From assembly GCA_045863335.1 (NCBI GenBank), contig BTVY01000009.1, positions 92,918 to 156,917 of the forward strand: 64,000 nt of DNA. The letters are read 5' to 3'. The position numbers and the translations under genes were made by a program. The notes under the pieces are model-generated. The model was not told the origin of the DNA, did no database searches, and saw only the letters and a list, made by a program, of their open reading frames with translations. Of the stretch, positions 56,848 to 64,000 are shown one piece after another (the stretch's first letter is position 1; each line of letters opens with the position of its first letter). The stretch is from Candidatus Hydrogenedentota bacterium. Its GTDB lineage: Bacteria > Hydrogenedentota > Hydrogenedentia > Hydrogenedentales > SLHB01.

Positions 56848-58269
56848 ATGCACGGCATGCAGGCGGAAGGTCTCGTGATTCACCTGACACGGAGCAAGGA
56901 CCCCGTCGAAATCATGGCCGCATCCCGCGCCTTGGCCGGTTTGGGAGCCAACGCCGCGTCGGTTGCTCCGATTCTTCAGAATCAACTCAACGAAGGCGAC
57001 GCCCAGCACGCGGGTGCCGCGGCTTTTGTCCTGGCAGAACTTGGCGCTGCCGCGATCGCCGTATCCCCCGGCCTTATCGACAGCTATCGGCGCCAACTTT
57101 CCAGCCCCTTTACGGTGGTGCGCCACTGGATCACCGCAGCGTTGACTCGCGTTGGACCCCGGGCCGTGGAAGCCTTCGAGGAACTGACGAAAGCACTCGA
57201 GGACCCGGATGCAGGCGTCCGGTCGAACGCAGCCTACGCGTTGGCGGAAGTGGGCGACGCGGCGAAGCCCGCGTTGCCCGTATTGATGGAATGCGCGCAA
57301 GAGGCTTCCATTGACGTCCGTACTGCGGCGCTTTACGCGGTGTCGCGAATTGCGCCGCACGATGGCGACGTCCGTGCCGTTCTCACCGGAGCGCTGTCCG
57401 ATGAGTCGTATCAAGTTCGCGCCCAAGCGGCGGAATCGCTCGGCGCGCTGGGCCCTGCGGCCGCGCCCGCCGTTACGGCCCTGCAACGGCGCATTGCCGA
57501 TCCCAGACCCGAAGTTCGGTTGCGCGTGCTTGATGCGCTGGCAAGAATTCTCGCCCCGGGAGAGTCTCTCGCCATGGAACTGGCCAAGTCGCTCGTGGAT
57601 CCTGATGCTGGTGTGCGCCTGACCGCCGTGAAAGCGCTCGGAAAGCAAGGCGAAATGGCCAGTGCTGCCGCGCCCCGGCTGCTGGCGGTGTTGCGGGATT
57701 CCAACGAAGCGATTCGCTACCAGGCCTTGACCGTCCTGGAAACGCTCGCACCGCATTGCGCGGATATCGCGCCGGCCATCACGATCGCCGTGAACCACTG
57801 CTTACGAGACCGTAGCCCGCGGGTCCAGGTGCGCGCAACTGCGGCGCTGGCCCGGCTGACGGGTCAGGTTGAGCATCCCGACCCGAAGATTCTCCGTTCG
57901 TTGAAGCACCCGGATTGGGGCGTTCGCTTGGCAAGCGTGGAAGCGCTCGGACACATCAGGGGGGATAATCGGGATGTTGCCGACGCCCTGCGCAAGGCTA
58001 TCCACGATACGGATCCGAACGTCCGGGTGGCGGCGTGTGGCGCACTGTTGCGGTTTGGCACGTCCCCGAAGGCGGTGCTTCCCGTCTTGTTCGATGCGCT
58101 GTCTGAAGAAGGTGCGGCAGTACAACTGGCCGCAATTCGAATCTTGGCTTCTCTCGGCCCGGAAGCCCGGCCTGCCTTACTCGCATTGCAGATCAAGACC
58201 GGGGACAGCAATCCGGACGTACGGGCTGCATCCCGCAACGCCATTGCCCGGATTGAAGCAACGGGGTGA
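56848..58269 (+). CDS. HEAT/PBS-lyase repeat protein
   Basis: Many L.D.D..VR..AA.ALG repeats; likely start is ATG 56848 after GGAGG. Confidence 0.85.
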   Translation: MHGMQAEGLVIHLTRSKDPVEIMAASRALAGLGANAASVAPILQNQLNEGDAQHAGAAAFVLAELGAAAIAVSPGLIDSYRRQLSSPFTVVRHWITAALTRVGPRAVEAFEELTKALEDPDAGVRSNAAYALAEVGDAAKPALPVLMECAQEASIDVRTAALYAVSRIAPHDGDVRAVLTGALSDESYQVRAQAAESLGALGPAAAPAVTALQRRIADPRPEVRLRVLDALARILAPGESLAMELAKSLVDPDAGVRLTAVKALGKQGEMASAAAPRLLAVLRDSNEAIRYQALTVLETLAPHCADIAPAITIAVNHCLRDRSPRVQVRATAALARLTGQVEHPDPKILRSLKHPDWGVRLASVEALGHIRGDNRDVADALRKAIHDTDPNVRVAACGALLRFGTSPKAVLPVLFDALSEEGAAVQLAAIRILASLGPEARPALLALQIKTGDSNPDVRAASRNAIARIEATG

Positions 58270-58335
58270 CGCAACCATTCGTCACGTCACCCCGCGAATT
58301 ATGAAAACCTCAACGGAATAGAAGCTTACGCCATT

Positions 58336-58551
58336 TTAGGCGTGCTTGGACTCCGCGGGTTCTTCTTTCTTCTTCGCCAGCGGATCGTCCTTTTCGTCCT
58401 CATCCTTGCTCTTCACGCTGTCCTTGAACTCGGTGATCGCCGTACCCAGGGATCGTCCCACCTGGGGCAGCTTGCCCGCGCCGAAAATGACGAGCACGAT
58501 CAGCAGAATGATAAACCACTCGGTTCCGCCCGGCATACCAATAGCTACCAT
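58336..58551 (-). CDS. tatA: Twin-arginine translocase TatA
   Basis: G..EW.IILLIVLVIFGAGKLPQVGRSLG..I.EFK. Confidence 0.92.
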   Translation of the reverse strand: MVAIGMPGGTEWFIILLIVLVIFGAGKLPQVGRSLGTAITEFKDSVKSKDEDEKDDPLAKKKEEPAESKHA

Positions 58552-58691
58552 GTTCATTCTCCACTGAACGCGACCGAGTCGCTTCAGCTCTGTTAAACGC
58601 CTCGAAGAACGGGCACAAATCACGTTTGGGTGCCAAGACCTCAAGGCCTTCTTGATTATATGATGAGGTTTCCCGCCTTTGCAAGGGCAGC

Positions 58692-61616
58692 CTAGTCCAC
58701 AAAGATACTATCCAATGTCACGTCGATCAACTTGCCCTTTTGGGAGACCGCTCCCGTGTCAATCTTCGACTTGTCGCCCACGATCGAGATAAGTTTCGGC
58801 TTCCCTTTGATTTCCGACTCGTAGAACGCCAGCATGGTTTCCATGTCCGACGCCTGAACGGCCGCAAATCGCTCGTCGCGCGGGTCGACCGGCACACCCA
58901 GACGCTCCCAGGACCGGACGGCGCCGATAATGTCCCGGAACCCGAGCTTCCCCGTCCGGTAGTTCTCAATGAGTGCGTCCTTGGCCGTGGCGAAGCGTTG
59001 CTCCGCCGCCGGCATATTGTCCATCAGTTCGATGAAACCGTCCAGGGCTTCCGGTGCCTTGTCTGCCTGAGTTCCCATACCGCCGATCATCAGATTGGTG
59101 TCGCCTGCCCGGTCGCCGGTCACGTAATGCGCCCCGGCCGCATAGGCCAGTGCGCGGGCCTCCCGGAGTTCCTGGAACACCAGACCGCCCATGCCGCCAG
59201 CAAAGTAGCTGTTGAACAATTGGCTCGCCGGAACGTGCGCCTCCGTAAAGACCTCGCCGCCGAACTCGATTCGGATCTGAGCCTGTGCCATTTCCTTGTG
59301 GAAGAAGTAGATTTCCGATTGCTCGGGTGCGCGGGGTGTTAAGCGCTCGTACGGCGGCGTATCCTTCAAATCGTCCTTCACGGGGTGATGCTTCTTCAGG
59401 ATCTTCTTGACCCGTTTTATGGGCAGCGAACCCGTGTACAGAATCGAATGCTCGTAGTCCAGGAGTCCCTTCGTGATGGCGTGTAATTCATCGATTGTCA
59501 GCGCCTTGACCTCGTCGGTCGGCATCATGCGCAGATACGCGGATTTATCGCCGTACCGGTTGTATTGCACCAGCGCGGCGTTAATCGAATTGGCGTCTTT
59601 CTTCGCGTCCTCCCGATTCACCAGAATGATTTGAATCAATTCATCCAGGGTGCTCTGTTCCGCCTTTGGATCGCGGAGCAGCTTCATGAGCAGCTCAACG
59701 GATTCTTCAAAATTCTCGTCCAGTCCGGATATGGTGATTGACGTTTCGTGGTCGCCGGATCCCACACCGATATCCGTGCCGAGCTTGTACCATTCCTTCT
59801 TCAGTTCCTCCGCGGAAAACTCGCCGGCGCCGGACTTGTCCAACAGTTGCGCGGCCGGTCCGAGGCGATTGTTTTCCAGGGTTCCAATCTCAATAGCGAA
59901 GGTCAAACTGAACAAATCATTGATCGGATTCTTGACGTAATAGAGCTTGGTGCCCTTGGGATTCTCTTCGATCGTATAGTCCGTTTTCGGATCGACAAAC
60001 TCCGGTTCGATGGGCTTCACCGGCATCGCCAGGATCGTCTTGGCGAACTCCGATTCCCGCGCCGGGTCGATGGCGATGGCGTCGATTTTGGGCTTCTGAA
60101 TCTCCGGTACTTCGTGCTGTCCATCCCGGCGGTACCCGGCCACGTAGGCATCCTCGAAATACGCGTTCGCTACACGGACAATATCTTCCTGCGTCAGCTT
60201 CTCCATGCGCGCGATCTCGTTCACCGTGTAGTCCCAGTCCTCATAGGCGATGTACGATTGCCGCATGTTGGCTACGCGCGATTCGTCGGATTCCAAACCC
60301 GCCTTATACATCTTCTTAAAGTCGTTGATGATTGCCGGGATGATCCAGTCCTCAAATTCGCCCTCCTTCACCAGGGCGATTTGATCCAGCAGCAGTTGCT
60401 GCACTTCTTCGAGCGACTGGCCATCCTTGGGGATGCCCCAGAGAAATTGGGCCCCGTATTCGTTGTACATGCTCGGATAGGAGCCTGCCGCGCGCACGCG
60501 CTGCTGTTGATTGAGATTGAGGTCGATCAGACCCGCGACCCGGTTCGAGAGGACCATGTCGAAGACCTTCAGCGCGTCCGCGTCGGGGCTGTCGACGGGG
60601 GCGGTCCGGAACGCCAGCAGTACGTATTCTTCGCCCTCGTATTGAGTCGTAACAGTCTCAACGCCTTCGAGCGGCTTTTCGGTCCAAGTATTCGCCTCGG
60701 GGAGTTCTTTGCGCTCCCAGCTCGAGAAATACCGGTCGATCGTCTCCATCGTCGTCTCGATGTCGATATCGCCCGAGATCATGATGGCCATGTTGTTCGG
60801 CACGTAATAGGTGTTGAAGTACTCGTAGATGTTCTGGAGCGAAGGCTTCTTCAGATGCTCCACAGCGCCCAACGTCGTCTGTTGCCCGTAGGGGTGAACT
60901 TTGTAAAGCGTCTCATTGACCGCCTCCGCGATGATCCGGTCCTTGTTGTCCATGGCCCGGTTCTTCTCTTCGTAGACAATTTCCAGTTCGGGTTGGAACA
61001 AGCGAAACACGGGATTGCTGAAGCGCTCCGACTCGATAGCCGCCCACTGTTCCAGGCGATTGGAGGGCAGATTCACCTTGTAAACCGTTTCCTCATGCCA
61101 GGTATGTGCGTTCAAACCACGGCCCCCCATGGCGCGGTAGAGCCGGTCGAATTCGTTGGGAATTGCGTACCGCGCCGCTTTCTGGGACTCCTCGTTAATC
61201 CTCGCGTAGATTTCCTCGCGTTTGGCCGGGTCCTCTTCCCGGAAATGTTCTTCATACAATTCCGTGATTTGGTCCAGGTGGCCCTTCTCTGCCGCGAAAT
61301 CGAGCGTGCCGATCTTTTGCGTGCCCTTGAAAAGCAGGTGCTCGAGATAGTGGGCCAGCCCCGTCGTCTCTGCGGGGTCCTGGACGCTACCCGCGCGGAC
61401 CGCGATCTCTGCGTAGAAGCGGGGCGACTCGTGGTTCTCGGTGAGATAGACGGTCAGCCCGTTGTCCAGTTCGTAAATCCGGACGGCCATGGGGTCGTTT
61501 GGATTGGGTTCGTGAACGAGCCGGTACTCGGCCAGCGCGGGAATCGTGAGGCAAAGGACCAGCACGGTGATCAGTACGAGTTTTCGAGCGAACATGCGGG
61601 ATTCCTTGGGGTTCAT
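58692..61616 (-). CDS. Secreted M16 (insulinase/pitrilysin-like) zinc peptidase
   Basis: Signal peptide; L.NGL.V, GLAHYLEHLLFKGT (HxxEH), LNAHT and FQELREARALAY. Confidence 0.92.
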   Translation of the reverse strand: MNPKESRMFARKLVLITVLVLCLTIPALAEYRLVHEPNPNDPMAVRIYELDNGLTVYLTENHESPRFYAEIAVRAGSVQDPAETTGLAHYLEHLLFKGTQKIGTLDFAAEKGHLDQITELYEEHFREEDPAKREEIYARINEESQKAARYAIPNEFDRLYRAMGGRGLNAHTWHEETVYKVNLPSNRLEQWAAIESERFSNPVFRLFQPELEIVYEEKNRAMDNKDRIIAEAVNETLYKVHPYGQQTTLGAVEHLKKPSLQNIYEYFNTYYVPNNMAIMISGDIDIETTMETIDRYFSSWERKELPEANTWTEKPLEGVETVTTQYEGEEYVLLAFRTAPVDSPDADALKVFDMVLSNRVAGLIDLNLNQQQRVRAAGSYPSMYNEYGAQFLWGIPKDGQSLEEVQQLLLDQIALVKEGEFEDWIIPAIINDFKKMYKAGLESDESRVANMRQSYIAYEDWDYTVNEIARMEKLTQEDIVRVANAYFEDAYVAGYRRDGQHEVPEIQKPKIDAIAIDPARESEFAKTILAMPVKPIEPEFVDPKTDYTIEENPKGTKLYYVKNPINDLFSLTFAIEIGTLENNRLGPAAQLLDKSGAGEFSAEELKKEWYKLGTDIGVGSGDHETSITISGLDENFEESVELLMKLLRDPKAEQSTLDELIQIILVNREDAKKDANSINAALVQYNRYGDKSAYLRMMPTDEVKALTIDELHAITKGLLDYEHSILYTGSLPIKRVKKILKKHHPVKDDLKDTPPYERLTPRAPEQSEIYFFHKEMAQAQIRIEFGGEVFTEAHVPASQLFNSYFAGGMGGLVFQELREARALAYAAGAHYVTGDRAGDTNLMIGGMGTQADKAPEALDGFIELMDNMPAAEQRFATAKDALIENYRTGKLGFRDIIGAVRSWERLGVPVDPRDERFAAVQASDMETMLAFYESEIKGKPKLISIVGDKSKIDTGAVSQKGKLIDVTLDSIFVD

Positions 61617-61658
61617 TTCGGGTTAGTACGAGGAAACAAACATCATCAGAGGCCCCGG

Positions 61659-62363
61659 CTATTTCGCCATGTCGCGATCCGGATCCTTCTGGAAAATAAA
61701 AAGGTGTTGCGAGGGCAGGAACTCCTGCAAGTCCACCAGCTCAAACCCCGCGGGATTCCACTCTGCCAGCACCTGCTTCACCGACATGCGGTGCTCGATC
61801 TTGATGTGCTCCGCCGTGTCGCCGAGCAGACGGTATTCCACGAGAGCGATCTTGCCGTCCGGTTTCAGGGATTCCCGCATGCGGGCCAGCATGGGTTCGG
61901 GCTGCTGGAATTCGTGATACACGTCGACGAGAATGATCCAGTCAATCTCGCCCTTCGGCAATTTCGGGTCGTCCTCATCGCCCAGCACCGGGACGACGTT
62001 CGTGATCGCTTCGTTCGCGCAGAACTCCTTGAGCATTTCCAGGAACTCGGGTTGAATGTCGACGGCGTAGACCCTGCCAGTCGGCGCGACCGCCTTGGCC
62101 ATGCGCCGCGCGAAAAAACCAGTGCCGCAGCCCAGGTCGACCACTACGTCGCCGTCTTTGAGCCCCATGGCCGCAATGACCTCGTCCGGCCGCTCCTCTT
62201 CGACCCGGCTCGGGCGTTCGAGCCATTCCGCGCCGTGGTAGCTCATCACCGGCGCGGGCTCGCGTTTTACCGCAGCGGCGTCAGCGGCGCCTTCCTGACC
62301 GAACCCCGAGGGTACGGTCAACATTACCGTTAATATGCAGAACCACCAGTATCTTTTTCTCAC
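61659..62363 (-). CDS. Class I SAM-dependent methyltransferase with signal peptide
   Basis: VDLGCGTG, VYAVDIQ, DVYHE and LKPDG; N-terminal Sec-type signal. Confidence 0.85.
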   Translation of the reverse strand: MRKRYWWFCILTVMLTVPSGFGQEGAADAAAVKREPAPVMSYHGAEWLERPSRVEEERPDEVIAAMGLKDGDVVVDLGCGTGFFARRMAKAVAPTGRVYAVDIQPEFLEMLKEFCANEAITNVVPVLGDEDDPKLPKGEIDWIILVDVYHEFQQPEPMLARMRESLKPDGKIALVEYRLLGDTAEHIKIEHRMSVKQVLAEWNPAGFELVDLQEFLPSQHLFIFQKDPDRDMAK

Positions 62364-62570
62364 AGCAGCGCTCCCGGAAAAGGATGAAAGACCGCGGCAG
62401 TCCCGTCAGCCCGTCGAGCATACTGGCTGCCGCTGCCCCATGTCCATACCGTCCATTTTGGCCATATTGTCCATAGCCCCTCCGCGGATCGTTTGCCTTC
62501 CCCGCGTCAACCAGACTATTCTCAAGGCCTTGGTGACCATGTCATTCGTTGCGAATTTGTTGGAGTATCC

Positions 62571-63413
62571 ATGACCTTCTCGAAATCCCTCGAGTTCTCC
62601 GGGACCGACCAGTACTACCTCGATCCCGAATTGCAGGCCATCGTCAACATCGCGCTGGCCATGGAGAAGCCGCTCCTTCTCACCGGCGAAGCGGGCACCG
62701 GCAAGACGCAGCTCGCCTTGGAAGTGGCACGCGCCCTCGGCATGGACACAGAGATCCTTCGCGCCAAATCAACGATCAAGGGCGAGGAAGCGTGTTACAC
62801 GCAGGACACCGTTCTGCGGCTCAACGATGCGCGCTTCGGCCCCGGGGAGAGTGGGAGGGAGGTGCAGAACTTCTTCGACTACGTCATTTGGGGGCCCATC
62901 GGCCGGGCCTTTCGCGCGGAGAAGAAGGTTGTGCTCCTTCTAGACGAAATCGACAAAACCGAATCAGACGTGCAGGACAACCTCCTCGACATCCTGGAGG
63001 AATGCCAGTTCACCATCCGCGAGGTGAACGAGACTATCAAGGCCGCCATTCGCCCGGCGATCTTCATTACGTCCAACGCCAAGCGGGAACTATCCGACCC
63101 CTTCCTCCGCCGGTGTTACTGCCACCACATCGCATTTCCGAGCCCCGAGCAGATGCACGAAATCGTTAAACTCCACTATCCCAAGACCAGTCCGAAGCTC
63201 ATGGAAGCCGCAATTACCATCTTCTACGAACTCCGGGAACGTGGCTTCGAAAAGCCCCCTGCCACCAGCGAGTTGTTGAACTGGATCGGCGCCCTCGACC
63301 GTACCGGGACCGTCCCAAATCCCAAGAACCCGCCCCTGACCGGCATCCTCCTGAAGCGTGCCGGCGACATCCAGACCTACCGCGAAGGCGGCAAGGGGAA
63401 GCGGTATATGTAA
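62571..63413 (+). CDS. MoxR-family (CoxD-like) AAA+ ATPase
   Basis: PLLLTGEAGTGKT, LLDEIDK, ITSN..RELSDPFLRRC and ATSELLNW. Confidence 0.9.
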   Translation: MTFSKSLEFSGTDQYYLDPELQAIVNIALAMEKPLLLTGEAGTGKTQLALEVARALGMDTEILRAKSTIKGEEACYTQDTVLRLNDARFGPGESGREVQNFFDYVIWGPIGRAFRAEKKVVLLLDEIDKTESDVQDNLLDILEECQFTIREVNETIKAAIRPAIFITSNAKRELSDPFLRRCYCHHIAFPSPEQMHEIVKLHYPKTSPKLMEAAITIFYELRERGFEKPPATSELLNWIGALDRTGTVPNPKNPPLTGILLKRAGDIQTYREGGKGKRYM

Positions 63414-63513
63414 GGAATCGGCGCCTCGGGTAAACCATTTGCGCGGGTGCGGTGTCGTATACTGCTGAGGCAATACGTCTAGCCGAAACGCGCAGCGAAC
63501 GGGAGTTCTAATC

Positions 63514-63744
63514 ATGACCGCAACCACGGCACAGCGCCGCACGCCTTGGCTTCTTTGGCCCCTCGTCCTGCTGTGGCGGCTGGTTACCTTGATCGCCAAC
63601 GCGACCGGGATCATCCTGGCGCTGGTCATCGGCGCGGTGTTGATGTTTGTCGGTTGGATTCTGATCGGCACCATCATCGGGGCGCTCATTGGCGTTCCGC
63701 TGTTTATTATCGGTTTGCTGCTGTTCATACGCGGCTTATGGTGA
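63514..63744 (+). CDS. Small membrane protein
   Basis: Almost entirely hydrophobic 76 aa (TIIGALIGVPLFIIG); GGAG RBS. Confidence 0.7.
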   Translation: MTATTAQRRTPWLLWPLVLLWRLVTLIANATGIILALVIGAVLMFVGWILIGTIIGALIGVPLFIIGLLLFIRGLW

Positions 63745-63773
63745 GGTGTCACCCTTAATCCAGGTCGTTCTTT

Positions 63774-63872
63774 CGCCCATCCAGGGCTTCGACGCCTGAT
63801 CTGCCGGAACCTAGGGTTCCGCTCGTACCTCGCTTCACCCTAGGCTACCACCTCGTCGCCCCGTCCGGGGCT
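63774..63872. repeat. REP-like cluster (CGCCC...GGGCT hairpins flanking a CTAGGG...CCCTAG hairpin)
   Basis: CGCCCATCCAGGGCT, CTAGGGTTCCGCTCGTACCTCGCTTCACCCTAG and CGCCCCGTCCGGGGCT occur in the intergenic DNA. Confidence 0.45.
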
Positions 63873-64000
63873 ACAAAACAGGCAATAACTGCTTTTGGGG
63901 AGTATGGTTTAATAGTTCTGTTTCGGTCATTTGGGTTTAGGATTTGTGGCTCCTCACAAGAATCTGTGCACCAATTCGGGCTCGGGTAGCTTTCCCAAGC

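Noticed and set aside
59748-62333. 861-aa plus-strand ORF
   Set aside because: Antisense shadow of the M16 peptidase and methyltransferase genes with no recognisable domain.

Overview
High-GC (roughly 60% by eye) bacterial chromosomal segment. I found no rRNA, tRNA, CRISPR array, prophage or intact transposase. The many secreted glycan enzymes, Tat substrates and REP-like palindromes suggest a PVC-like or Ca. Hydrogenedentes-like organism, but this is inference only. Main content: (1) an operon for a Tat-exported, NarI-less type II DMSO-reductase-family enzyme with a NarG-like active site (cytochrome c, alpha, beta, heme-b gamma, chaperone, MOSC), whose beta subunit carries an extra Pro-rich linker and 4-Cys tail; (2) a long glycan-utilisation region (GH140-like, beta-helix protein, sugar ABC transporter, two sialidase-like propellers, a DUF1080-TIM barrel fusion, NHL protein, GH29, esterase, Tat-signal DapA-like aldolase); (3) a compact zinc locus with ZnuABC and a His/Cys-rich two-repeat mini-protein divergent from a Fur/Zur regulator and a P1B-2 ATPase, around one palindromic operator; (4) ppk1, hicAB, a vWA-kinase-regulator operon, recQ, an alanine/glycine symporter, an orphan CheB and a sigma54 activator that both have degenerate receiver domains, tatA, an M16 peptidase and a MoxR AAA+ ATPase. 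Several different REP/REPIN-like inverted repeats lie between genes. The best candidates for undescribed biology are the periplasmic Nar-like complex and the zinc locus. All family assignments are by motif recognition, and no database searches were run.
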